Shown here: positions 18,901 through 27,382 of the stretch, in pieces
How the letters are laid out: each line of letters begins with the position of its first letter
How positions within the stretch are numbered: position 1 is the first letter of the stretch
Assembly (NCBI GenBank): GCA_039810605.1
Contig: JBDHXH010000004.1
Span: 597-64,596 of the forward strand
From: Ignavibacteria bacterium
Lineage (GTDB): Bacteria; Bacteroidota; Ignavibacteria; Tepidaquicellales; Tepidaquicellaceae
Direction of reading: 5' to 3'
Length of the DNA: 64,000 bases
The notes under the pieces: generated by a model
What the model was told of the DNA's origin: nothing
The model's input: only the letters and a program-made list of their open reading frames with translations
The model's database searches: none
Position numbers and translations under genes: made by a program

Positions 18901-20266
18901 CGAAATCCTCGTTAATACAGGCACTCTTTTTTACATTTTGAAATATGACAATAGTCAGTTGCGTTTCAATCCTGTCTATTACCGGAATGACATCAATACA
19001 TTGAATCAGATTGTTTATGACTTCGATGCAAATGGAATCAATGAAATTGGACTTAACACCGTTAATGATACGCTGCTCTTTTTTGAAAAAGATATTGCAT
19101 TCTCGGGACCTGCAACACCGCTTGGTTTTAACGGACACAGTCTGGATTCCAACGCGGTCAGCTTAAGTTTTGAAACTGTCGCCGGAGCGGAGTATTACAA
19201 AATTTACAAAGGTGATTCGGCTTCAAGTGTTTCAGTTTATGATTCCACAAATGTAAATCAATACACAGACAGCGGCATAACTAACAGGAGAAATTATACC
19301 TATAGGATTTCTGCGGTTGATATTCAAAATCCTGTTCGTGAAAGTCAGTTGTCTTCCCCGATCAATGTTTATATTCACAATAGGTGCAGACTTTTGTCTG
19401 CAGTATATGAAGGCAGCGGATTTTTGTCTTTGAAGTTTTCGGAGAGGATTTCTTCAACAATTCCATTGCTCGGTTCATTTGTGATTGATGACACGATTGT
19501 TCCCAAAAATGCCGCGGTAAAAAATAATTTTGAATATTTTCTCACTTTCGACGAGCCGATTCGGAACGGAAACCACATCGTAAAAACCAGAGGTCTTGTT
19601 GACTACTATCAGTCACCCATAGATTCAAATTCGGCCGCCTTTGTTGTGAACGAAATTGATTCTGCAAAATTTTTCATTTCAAAGCTTGAGCTAACCGGGA
19701 ACAGGAAACTTCGTGTAACATTTAATTTGAATGTAGATGTCGTAAGCGCGGGCAATGCGGAGAACTACAAATTTGAGCCGTTTGACATCGGAGTTCAATC
19801 TGTTGAATTCAATAATAATAACGGCAGTATTGTTTATCTGAACCTGAATGACAATGGAACGATCGGCGCAACGGGAAAGAATTACTTGCTGCGAGCAAGT
19901 AATATTTATTCACAAAATGGAATTAAGATAGTTGACGGAGCGGGGAGCAGTTTTGGCTTGATATTCAATAAAGAAAGTCTCGACGAGATGTATGTATATC
20001 CGAATCCATACAGCATCAGTTCAAATCAGGATTATGTAACACTCGCAAACATAACCCGCGAAGCCTCGATTGACATTTATAACTTGTCAGGACAATTTCT
20101 GATTAATATAAAGGAGACAAACGGGAACGGCGGAGTCGAATGGAATCTGAAAGACAAGAACGGAAACAAAGTCCCGACGGGGATTTACATTTTCAGGGCA
20201 ACAGGAAAAAATTCTTCCGGGCAGGATGTAGAAGAAAAGATTGGAAAGTTCGCGGTGATAAAATAA
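15980..20266 (+). CDS. Secreted S8 (subtilisin-family) serine peptidase with an FG-GAP/VCBS beta-propeller region and a T9SS C-terminal sorting domain
   Basis: Catalytic triad contexts VIDTGMD (Asp), HGTAVTG (His) and GTSFAAPIVAG (Ser). Seven DxDGDGKxD-type FG-GAP repeats. C-terminal YPNPYS...IYNLSGQ...GIYIFRA...KFAVIK, typical of a T9SS type A CTD. Confidence 0.9.
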   Translation: MKKISLYSAIVLSLMVHEAVASQRNIIIKFKSNTPSSIIENFRNNSAKSGPSSVAELSRNIGIKSSRALFEKNKSDFNNETFRKIGLDRIFIAGIDESKIHDAVILGSKNEFIEYIQPNGVLKIENTASVPNDQYYGSQYYLSMIGMPNVWDITTGDSTIVIGVIDTGMDFLHPDLQKSYKINYGEYGNGKESNGIDDDNNGFIDDWRGWDFTDEPLTGDPRRGDYLDPDNDPTDDNKQSHGTAVTGIINAAMNNNIGIASVAPSCKVLVMRAFDSEGFGEEDDVANAILYGISRGVRIFNCSFGDYIYSNLLRDVIRFAYTKNVMIVCSAGNDGSDRLHYPSAYDEVISVGASDNTDSKASFSSYGETVDIFAPGFQNLTTVRVGKGSSTYNGEYDKLNGTSFAAPIVAGTAALLLSENPSLSNEELRGILVSTTSMMPGQTGWDHIRSSGRLNAASAIENFANPTVARIFSPFQDFTFDKDTIPVCVSAASPLFISYSISYGTGQRPSAWIPLLSNQTSQVLADTVLNWNTAGLADTSYTLRLAINSNSGRTIEHRMIIFKDKNPPVITDINFGNLIDKNAHSELILFATNTRTLGKIFYKRRNVIEPYSFILADVGIPNVGFISEAHFGLLNDNDLAPDSEYEFYVEAISLNGKSAVVNDTSFHFYTQKRINNYGYNQKSYSLSYSQSCNTIFDLNGNGKKDIMLNGIKNNLRLNFYEFNNGSFNKFTNDNWGDFKVGRDIGDIDGDGKTDLLLSKGRNGFLYESSAPGELPLNLIWSDSANDNFWSARIADADGDGKKEILGLGSSGLRILESNGNNNFSQIANLNYFGPDSTPNSQNVLADDFDGDGKTEIAFMNLYYENASSVLPKICLSVYENTSDNNFTRRFIDTIDRITKGDNIIAGDFNGDGKKDFAIGVTSKDGDLIQYYSLIAYTSTADNTYTLLDIVDIYNYKSYTETSTKSANVDNDQEDEILVNTGTLFYILKYDNSQLRFNPVYYRNDINTLNQIVYDFDANGINEIGLNTVNDTLLFFEKDIAFSGPATPLGFNGHSLDSNAVSLSFETVAGAEYYKIYKGDSASSVSVYDSTNVNQYTDSGITNRRNYTYRISAVDIQNPVRESQLSSPINVYIHNRCRLLSAVYEGSGFLSLKFSERISSTIPLLGSFVIDDTIVPKNAAVKNNFEYFLTFDEPIRNGNHIVKTRGLVDYYQSPIDSNSAAFVVNEIDSAKFFISKLELTGNRKLRVTFNLNVDVVSAGNAENYKFEPFDIGVQSVEFNNNNGSIVYLNLNDNGTIGATGKNYLLRASNIYSQNGIKIVDGAGSSFGLIFNKESLDEMYVYPNPYSISSNQDYVTLANITREASIDIYNLSGQFLINIKETNGNGGVEWNLKDKNGNKVPTGIYIFRATGKNSSGQDVEEKIGKFAVIK

Positions 20267-20269
20267 AAA

Positions 20270-20292
20270 CGGCATCCTGACTTTGGATGCCG
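20270..20292. terminator. Hairpin terminator between the convergent S8 peptidase and HU genes
   Basis: CGGCATCC-tgacttt-GGATGCCG. On the minus strand it is followed by TTTTTATTTT, which fits termination of the HU transcript. It may act in both directions. Confidence 0.6.
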
Positions 20293-20323
20293 CAATATCA
20301 ATTGGAACAAAATCCCTTTGAGA

Positions 20324-20596
20324 TTATCTCACATAATCAGCTAAAGCCTTACCGACCTTGAATCTTGCAACTTTCTTTGCTGCAATCTTAAGTTCTTTTC
20401 CGGTACGCGGGTTTCTGCCAATTCTTGCTTTCCTGTTGGAACGCATGAAAGTTCCGAATCCGACTAATGAAAGTCTTCCGCCTTTTTTGAGTGTCTTTCC
20501 GACACAATCAACGAATGAAGCAAGAGCAGCTCTTGCCTGAACTTTTGTGATTTTAGCATCACTGGCTATTTTAGAAATCAGTTCTTCTTTGGTCAT
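20324..20596 (-). CDS. hup: HU family DNA-binding protein (90 aa)
   Basis: MTKEELISKIASDAKITKVQARAALASFVD...GFGTF...RIGRNPRTGKELKIAAKKVARFKVGKAL. I place the start at the internal ATG 20596. The track's 130-aa version adds a non-homologous N-terminus. A TATTTTTG box lies upstream. Confidence 0.92.
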   Translation of the reverse strand: MTKEELISKIASDAKITKVQARAALASFVDCVGKTLKKGGRLSLVGFGTFMRSNRKARIGRNPRTGKELKIAAKKVARFKVGKALADYVR

Positions 20597-20778
20597 GAAT
20601 ATATTTTGTTTAAGATTAATGAGTAACACAAAAATAACATTGAATAACTTAAAAAGCAACTTTCTATTGTTTGCTATCCTGCTTGCAAACATTGTGTAAT
20701 CAAGGCTTCGAGGCAATGAAGCCTGAAGTCTGATGAAGATTTTTTTAATGAGTTAATCTGAATTTTTTTTCATTTAAT

Positions 20779-22110
20779 TTGCCTTCATTACGACTCAATG
20801 AAAAAAGTACACTTTACAGATTGACTGAAAAGAATTCTTCATCACAGATTTCACTCGTTGCTGCAATTTCAATCGGCATAGGCGGAATGATTGGGGCAGG
20901 AATTTTTTCAATACTTGGAGTTGTCGCTGAAGCATCCGGGGGCGCCATGTGGATTTCCTTTTTGATAGGAGGAATCATAGCTTTATTTTCCACATACTCT
21001 TATGCAAAGCTTGGAGCTGTATTTCCTTCCACGGGTGGTGCGGTTGAATTTCTTTACAGAGGCTGGGGACCGGGCTTTATCAGCGGCGGTATGAACCTGT
21101 TCATGTGGATCGGTTACATAATTGCAATCGCGCTTTATGCAAGCGGTTTTTCGGCATACTTCATAACCTTCTTCACGGCAAGTCCTTCTCCGATTTTTTC
21201 CAAATCTGCAGCTTGCGGAATTGTAATTCTTTTTACCGCGGTCAATATGTTCGGAGCGGGATCTGTTGGTAAAGCAGAAACATTTATTGTTGCAGTGAAA
21301 GTCTGCATCTTAATTTTGTTTGCAGCTTCGGGATTATTTTTTATTCAACCTGAAAATCTTTCAGCATCTCACTGGAATGATATCGAGCATATATTTTTCG
21401 GAGCGGGAGTTTTATTCATAGGGTACGAAGGCTTCGGTCTTGTTACAAACGCAGCGGGAAACATGAACAATCCATCGCGCACACTTCCGAAGGCGTTGTA
21501 TCTTAGCGTCATCATTGTCATTATCATTTACCTTGCTGTATCGGTAACCGTTACGGGAAATTTAGCGATAAGTAAAATCTATGCCACAAAAGATTATGCG
21601 CTGGCAGAAGCGGCAAAACCTTTTTTGGGAGACATGGGATTCAAGCTAATTGCTGTCGCGGCGCTATTTTCAACTGCCTCCGCGATTAATGCAACTTTGT
21701 TCGGAGGTGCAAATGTGAGTTACATGATTTCCGCAAATGGCGAGTTACCGAAAATCTTTTCGCGAAGCGAATGGAAGGGCGCGTCGGGAGGGTTACTTAT
21801 TACTTCGATACTTGTACTCATGTTCATAATTTTTTTCGACCTCTCCGGAATTGCAATGATGGGGAGCGGCGCGTTTCTCCTTATTTATGCAGCGGTAAAT
21901 GCAGGTCATCTGAAAATTCTTTCTCAAACCGGCGCAAGGAAATCAATTGTATTGATTTCACTTGTTCTTTGCATAGCGATGTTTGTCATTCTTGAAATTT
22001 ACACATATCAGAATTCTCCCGAAGCTATATGGACTATGATCGCGCTTCTAATCTTTTCGTTTGCTGCGGAAAAATTTTATCTCGGCAAGAAGAGAGTCGC
22101 GAAGAAATGA
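20779..22110 (+). CDS. APC superfamily amino acid permease
   Basis: 443 aa, about 12 TM segments. N-terminal signature AISIGIGGMIGAGIFS. TTG start; the exact start is uncertain. Confidence 0.8.
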   Translation: MPSLRLNEKSTLYRLTEKNSSSQISLVAAISIGIGGMIGAGIFSILGVVAEASGGAMWISFLIGGIIALFSTYSYAKLGAVFPSTGGAVEFLYRGWGPGFISGGMNLFMWIGYIIAIALYASGFSAYFITFFTASPSPIFSKSAACGIVILFTAVNMFGAGSVGKAETFIVAVKVCILILFAASGLFFIQPENLSASHWNDIEHIFFGAGVLFIGYEGFGLVTNAAGNMNNPSRTLPKALYLSVIIVIIIYLAVSVTVTGNLAISKIYATKDYALAEAAKPFLGDMGFKLIAVAALFSTASAINATLFGGANVSYMISANGELPKIFSRSEWKGASGGLLITSILVLMFIIFFDLSGIAMMGSGAFLLIYAAVNAGHLKILSQTGARKSIVLISLVLCIAMFVILEIYTYQNSPEAIWTMIALLIFSFAAEKFYLGKKRVAKK

Positions 22111-22114
22111 AACA

Positions 22115-22141
22115 GGGAGCAGGGTTTAAAACCCTGCTCCC
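22115..22141. terminator. Perfect 13-bp-arm palindromic hairpin, copy 1 (GGGAGCAGGGTTT-A-AAACCCTGCTCCC)
   Basis: It starts 5 nt after the permease stop codon. A near-identical copy lies at 22244-22268. Confidence 0.6.
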
Positions 22142-22243
22142 TGATAGTGGTGTCGTTTCATCAATTACTTCTTGAAGAATGAAAACTTACATTTACTTTC
22201 TTAAGAAGACAAGTCTTACAAACAAATGGCGCACAACAAATTA

Positions 22244-22268
22244 GGAGCAGGGTTTAAAACCCTGCTCC
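22244..22268. terminator. Palindromic hairpin, copy 2 (GGAGCAGGGTTT-A-AAACCCTGCTCC)
   Basis: It lies 18 nt beyond the stop of the minus-strand FecCD permease gene. The sequence is identical to copy 1 over 25 nt. Confidence 0.6.
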
Positions 22269-22286
22269 CTTTATTCCATTGAAAAC

Positions 22287-23270
22287 TTACTTCTGCTTTC
22301 TAAAAATAAGCCAGATAAATACGGGAGCGCCGATGAATGACGTAACTATTCCTACGGGAATCTCTGCAGGAGCAATCACCAACCGTGCAATGGTATCGGA
22401 AATCAGTACGAAAAACGCTCCGAGCAATATGGTACAAGGCACGGAATACCTGAAGTCATTGCCGATGAGAAGTCGGGAAAGATTAGGCACAATCAATCCG
22501 ACGAAACTTATGATGCCGGCTATCGAAACTGCGCTCGCTGCCAGCAAAGATGAAATGATAATCGATGCAGTCTGCATTTTTTTCAGATTCATCCCAAGCG
22601 ATATTGACATTTCCTCGCCAAGATTCAAGATGTTCAGATCCTTTGAAATGAAGACAGAAGCTACAAGCCCCGCGACAACAAAAAAGATTCCCATAAAAAA
22701 TTCGTTCCACCCTCGTCCCGAAAACCCGCCATTGAGCCAGTAAAGAATTTGAGTCATCGAACTCCCGGAAATCAGCAACAATAGACCATTCACTGACGAA
22801 ATCAAAGCGCTAATTGCAATACCGGCCAGGATTATTTTGTTAGTGGAGATAGATGCCCCGCCTTTGAATCCGAATCCCTTCGCAAAATTGAAAATCAGAA
22901 TTGTTGTTACGACCGCGAACAGAAATGAAACCGGAGTAATGAGTAAGAAAGGCAAAGACAGCGGAAGTATGAACGTCAGTATTGCGCCAAGCGCCGCGCC
23001 GGCAGAGATGCCAAGAAGACCTGGCTCTGCGAGATTGTTGCGCAGCATTGACTGTAACACTATGCCTGAACAGGAAAGCGACGATCCGACAAGCATAGAG
23101 TTAAGAACTCGGGGCAGTCTGATGTCAAAAATAATCTTGCTGCTGGTTTCATCTGACGGAAAAAAAATTTCCGAAACTGAAACCTGAACACTTCCAAGAC
23201 AAAGGCAGACAACAAATGATATGAACAGCAGTATTATGAGGGATAAAAGTATTAAAACTTTTTTAGACAA
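22287..23270 (-). CDS. FecCD-family ABC transporter permease (iron-siderophore / cobalamin type)
   Basis: 327 aa, multi-TM, with typical FecCD blocks (RLPRVL, LSGSSL-like segments, GIVTSFIGAPVFIWLI). TTG start. No ATPase or binding-protein gene is adjacent. Confidence 0.85.
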   Translation of the reverse strand: MSKKVLILLSLIILLFISFVVCLCLGSVQVSVSEIFFPSDETSSKIIFDIRLPRVLNSMLVGSSLSCSGIVLQSMLRNNLAEPGLLGISAGAALGAILTFILPLSLPFLLITPVSFLFAVVTTILIFNFAKGFGFKGGASISTNKIILAGIAISALISSVNGLLLLISGSSMTQILYWLNGGFSGRGWNEFFMGIFFVVAGLVASVFISKDLNILNLGEEMSISLGMNLKKMQTASIIISSLLAASAVSIAGIISFVGLIVPNLSRLLIGNDFRYSVPCTILLGAFFVLISDTIARLVIAPAEIPVGIVTSFIGAPVFIWLIFRKQK

Positions 23271-23330
23271 GAATTAATTAATTTAAAAATGCATTTATAT
23301 ACAATATATTAAAACGTAAGTCTTTGCTTA

Positions 23331-24539
23331 ATGAATAAATTCGGTTCACTAAATATTAAGATTGCGCTCATTGCAAGCGGAGTCTTGATTGCTCTAGTTG
23401 TCCTTTATTACACACAGTTACTTGCTCAAAAAATTCAGAATCGCGAAAGGGACATTGCAGGTCTTTATGCAAAATCAATGGAATATCTTGCCAACGATGA
23501 AAACTCTTCCGGCGAATACACCTTTATATTCGATCAGATAATACCGCAAATTGACTTTCCAATAATAGCTACAGATCGCGACCAGAAGGAAGTCATACTG
23601 ACGAGGAACGTTGATTATGACACAACGCTCTCGCCGCAGGAAAAAAAACAAATCCTCCTTGAGAGAGCCGGGGAAATGGACAAGATAAATGATCCTATTG
23701 TGGTTTCTTACAAAGATTCCGTCATTCTGAATTACGTTCATTATGGACAATCACGTCTGGTAACCGAACTGAAACTCCTTCCTGTTTTTGAATTTTTGAT
23801 TGCCGGAATTTTTGTTTTTCTCGGCTATATAGGATTTTCCTATATTAAGAAAAATGAACAGAGCAATATCTGGGTCGGACTCTCGAGAGAAACAGCTCAT
23901 CAGCTCGGCACCCCGCTGTCATCATTGCTGGGATGGGTTGAAATGCTGAAAAACATTGAGCCGCAGTCTCCTGAACTCAACGAGATTACAAATGAAATCG
24001 GAAACGATATTGAAAAACTTAATAAGATCGCGGGAAGATTTTCAAAAATTGGGTCACAACCAAAATTGGATAAGGAAAATATTCCCGGAGTAATCAGAAA
24101 AGTTTCTGATTATTTTGAAAAACGGATCCCATCTCTCGTTGGTTCCGACGGAAGGATAATCAAGAAAGTAACAGTTGACATTAAAAGCAGCGGCTCAACC
24201 GATGCGAATATTAACAAAGATCTCTTCGAATGGGTAATCGAAAATCTTATGAAGAATGCCCTTGATGCAATGGAAAAAACTCAAGGAAAGATTGTGTTCA
24301 ATATTTCAAACTCAAACGGCGAGGTGTTGATTGATGTCATTGATAACGGAAAAGGAATTGAACCTAAATTCAAGAAAGACGTTTTCCGTCCCGGTTATTC
24401 AACAAAGACAAGGGGATGGGGTCTCGGATTGAGTCTTTCAAAGCGAATTATCGAAGATTATCATAAAGGGAAACTGATGCTTGTCGAATCAAACACCGGC
24501 AAAGGAACAACCTTCAGAATCAAACTTCACAAAAACTAA
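23331..24539 (+). CDS. Sensor histidine kinase (2 TM, DHp + HATPase_c), no adjacent response regulator
   Basis: Two hydrophobic segments flank a loop of about 130 aa. H-box ETAHQLGTPLSSLLGW. N box ENLMKNALDAM. G boxes DNGKGI and GWGLGLSL. Confidence 0.8.
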   Translation: MNKFGSLNIKIALIASGVLIALVVLYYTQLLAQKIQNRERDIAGLYAKSMEYLANDENSSGEYTFIFDQIIPQIDFPIIATDRDQKEVILTRNVDYDTTLSPQEKKQILLERAGEMDKINDPIVVSYKDSVILNYVHYGQSRLVTELKLLPVFEFLIAGIFVFLGYIGFSYIKKNEQSNIWVGLSRETAHQLGTPLSSLLGWVEMLKNIEPQSPELNEITNEIGNDIEKLNKIAGRFSKIGSQPKLDKENIPGVIRKVSDYFEKRIPSLVGSDGRIIKKVTVDIKSSGSTDANINKDLFEWVIENLMKNALDAMEKTQGKIVFNISNSNGEVLIDVIDNGKGIEPKFKKDVFRPGYSTKTRGWGLGLSLSKRIIEDYHKGKLMLVESNTGKGTTFRIKLHKN

Positions 24540-24619
24540 TTTCGATTTGCATGCGTTAGCTATGAATCATCGAATAAATGTTTCAGCATTACAAAAATAA
24601 TCAACCGTCTATCCCGTAA

Positions 24620-26923
24620 TTGGAAATTACTCAAAACAATGCGCTTCAGAAATTCTTGAATCAGTTAGGTTCTCTGCGGGTAAACTTTGTAACCAGCCGC
24701 ACTGCACAAATACTCTTTTTAGTCTTTGCAAAAATTCTGTTTCAGGCTGTGATACTCGGTTCCGGATACAGATGGCTATCAGCAGACGATTATTGCAGAA
24801 CAGTAAAGTCCTTTGAGTGGCTTGAACATCCCGTGATTGACAGCGGTGTCTGGCTTACTCCTCATTTCTGGCTGAATGGTTTTGTCATGATTTTTGTAAA
24901 GGACCTGTTCACCGCTGCCACAATTGTAAATTTTGTTTTTTCTCTTTTAACTCTGTTCTATTTCTATAGTCTTGTCGAATTCTGCTTCGACAGAAAGAAT
25001 GCGTTCATTAGTTCGCTGATTTTTTGTTTCTTCCCTTTTCAGGTGTGGCTTAGTATTTCAGGTCTTCCGGAATCCATTTTCTTTTTCTTTGTGATTGCAG
25101 GAATTTTTTATTTTGTTAAATGGATGTTCGCCGGAAAGAAAACTCACATTTTGGTTTTATCGGCAGTCATGTTTGCTCTTTCAAACTGTTTCAGATACGA
25201 AGGCTGGCTGTTCAGTGCAGCGCTTGTAATACTCGTGCTTAGCGAATTGATTCAAACCAGAAAACTTACAAAGACTATTGCAATTAATTTTTGCATATCT
25301 CTCATTTCATTCACAACCATCGCATGGTGGCTCATTCAGAATTACATTGATCACAAGAATATTTTTTTCTTTGCAGAGGAGACAACCAAAATATTCAAGG
25401 AGTTTAACACTGCGGGATTCTTTCAGAGGCTTGTTCAATATCCAACATTCATCTTTTTCATAGCGCCGATCACAACTTTTATGGCAATAAAAACTTCTTT
25501 TGAAACTCTGAAGTTAAAAGAAGTAACTCCGGTTAAAATTTTCCTGCTGTTCAACGTAGTCGAACTGTTTCTGCTTATCCTTCAGGCAATACTTGGAACC
25601 GGCGGCACTAATATGATTTCACGTTACATTGTGGTAAATGCAATGTTGTTTATTCCTTTTGCGATTCAGCAGATTCTTGAGTTTAAAAAATTTCTTGCCT
25701 TAGCATTTGTTGCAATAATTCTAATTGTAAATATTATCTGGAGTTTTTATTACCCGCAGCCTTTTCGCGAAGACACGTTTGAGGTGGGATATCTTCTGAA
25801 AGATCTTGAGAAAAAGGATTACATCAAACCCAACGGTAAAATTTATTTCGAAGAAATTCCCGGATACTTTGATGTATTTGCGGTTCAGGCGTTGTCAAAT
25901 AATCCGGCGAAATTCATCCTTGGGAATTTTCCTACAATAAAATCAATTGAGAAAAAAAGTAAGAAGGGCAAAAAGCAGCCTACTGATGAAGAGTTAAATA
26001 TACTTGAACTGAAAAATTATCTCGAAAAAAATAACATAAAAATTGCAGTTGTTAAAAGTGACAGCTATAATGACAAGCTGAAAAAACTTAGTTACAAGAG
26101 TGAAGAAATAGGTGACTATAAATTGTTTTATCTTGAAGACAGGGAATCAAGTGTCAACGATTCGTCCATCTCCTTATTTAGCAAAAATATTATCAAGCTT
26201 GAAGAAAATTCCGAACTCGTAAATTTCGATAAACTATTGGGACTGCTAAACTATAACATTGATAATACAAATTTCGGACTCAATCCCCAGACAGTGACGC
26301 TGAACTGGGGAGCGGTCAATCCGGGTATCATTGACAGCATTGATTATGAGCAAATGGAATATGAACGCTATGTCTCCGCCATTGACATAAAATCAATTGA
26401 AACAGACTCCGTAGTTTACACCGCTTATGCTAAAATATTTTCTGACAGAAATGTTGAAGATCTTATTGAGAATAACAACATCAGAAATATTATTGTGCTA
26501 AAACCTTTTGCAATACTTAATTATTCAAAAAAATATGGCAGCTCGCCATTTGAAGGAGGTGTTTACAAACTTGAGCTTAGGCTGACAGACAATAAACTTA
26601 ATAAGAACCTTGTGGTCTATAAAGGGGACAGCTTGTACAAAAGAGATACAAGCGAAACGATAAACATCAGGAAGACAAGAACTCTTGCAGATTCAGCGAG
26701 GTCTGTTTCCAAAAAAAATGTTTCAAAGAATAAAACAGAAGTTGTAACCGGTTATGAATTAGGAACTATCATTGCAATGTTTCCCGATACTGATTATAAT
26801 AAAGTGGTTAATAAATCCAGCACGGATATTTACAGAATGCTGATGCGCAACGGTCTCCAGGTTTTTTTCTCACAGAGGTATCAGGGCGATCAGTTTCTGA
26901 ACTGGGTATTTAATTATTTCTAA
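24620..26923 (+). CDS. Polytopic membrane protein, GT-C-fold glycosyltransferase-like (GT39/GT83-like) with a large C-terminal soluble domain
   Basis: 767 aa. The N-terminal ~400 aa carry more than 10 hydrophobic segments, with an acidic first-loop motif (WLSADDY) as in ArnT/PMT-type enzymes. The C-terminal half has no recognised motif. TTG start. Confidence 0.4.
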   Translation: MEITQNNALQKFLNQLGSLRVNFVTSRTAQILFLVFAKILFQAVILGSGYRWLSADDYCRTVKSFEWLEHPVIDSGVWLTPHFWLNGFVMIFVKDLFTAATIVNFVFSLLTLFYFYSLVEFCFDRKNAFISSLIFCFFPFQVWLSISGLPESIFFFFVIAGIFYFVKWMFAGKKTHILVLSAVMFALSNCFRYEGWLFSAALVILVLSELIQTRKLTKTIAINFCISLISFTTIAWWLIQNYIDHKNIFFFAEETTKIFKEFNTAGFFQRLVQYPTFIFFIAPITTFMAIKTSFETLKLKEVTPVKIFLLFNVVELFLLILQAILGTGGTNMISRYIVVNAMLFIPFAIQQILEFKKFLALAFVAIILIVNIIWSFYYPQPFREDTFEVGYLLKDLEKKDYIKPNGKIYFEEIPGYFDVFAVQALSNNPAKFILGNFPTIKSIEKKSKKGKKQPTDEELNILELKNYLEKNNIKIAVVKSDSYNDKLKKLSYKSEEIGDYKLFYLEDRESSVNDSSISLFSKNIIKLEENSELVNFDKLLGLLNYNIDNTNFGLNPQTVTLNWGAVNPGIIDSIDYEQMEYERYVSAIDIKSIETDSVVYTAYAKIFSDRNVEDLIENNNIRNIIVLKPFAILNYSKKYGSSPFEGGVYKLELRLTDNKLNKNLVVYKGDSLYKRDTSETINIRKTRTLADSARSVSKKNVSKNKTEVVTGYELGTIIAMFPDTDYNKVVNKSSTDIYRMLMRNGLQVFFSQRYQGDQFLNWVFNYF

Positions 26924-27036
26924 TTGACTCCTTTTCAAAATTTGCCGGAGTTATTATTATACAAGGCGTGTTACAATTTTCAGAAGGCGACATAAGGACA
27001 CACAAAGATATTTCAATAATAAAAAATTCAACGGCT

Positions 27037-27366
27037 ATGACAAGAAAGAAAACAAAACACTCGAAGTATCCCGGCAAGAAAATTTACAACGGATACAAAT
27101 CATATCCGGAGGACGAAGATATTTACAAGAAGTCGAAAGAAGAAACAAATCTTGATCCGGAAAACATAGAGAAGACAAAAGCTCCCAATGAAGAAGCCGG
27201 AAAGTCAAATGAAAAAGATTTTGGTGAATTGCTTACCGGTGAAGACCTTGATGTTCCGGGTTCCGAACTCGATGATGATGGAGAAAAAATCGGAAGCGAA
27301 GACGAAGAAAATAATTACTACAGTCTCGGGGGTGAGGATCACGAAGATCTTGAAGAGGATAAGTAG
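27037..27366 (+). CDS. Hypothetical acidic protein (about 109 aa)
   Basis: MTRKKTKHSKYPGKK...DLDVPGSELDDDGEKIGSEDEENNYYSLGGEDHEDLEEDK, a basic N-terminus followed by a very acidic body. I prefer the internal ATG 27037 to the track start 26968. Confidence 0.5.
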   Translation: MTRKKTKHSKYPGKKIYNGYKSYPEDEDIYKKSKEETNLDPENIEKTKAPNEEAGKSNEKDFGELLTGEDLDVPGSELDDDGEKIGSEDEENNYYSLGGEDHEDLEEDK

Positions 27367-27382
27367 TGAATTTCCGCTTCAC

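Noticed and set aside
20703-20746. A hairpin AGGCTTC-N8-GAAGCCT plus a downstream T-run in the leader of the amino-acid permease gene, considered as an attenuator or riboswitch.
   Set aside because: The T-run begins 15 nt after the stem, which is not a canonical intrinsic terminator. The leader is short and shows no conserved riboswitch core that I recognise.
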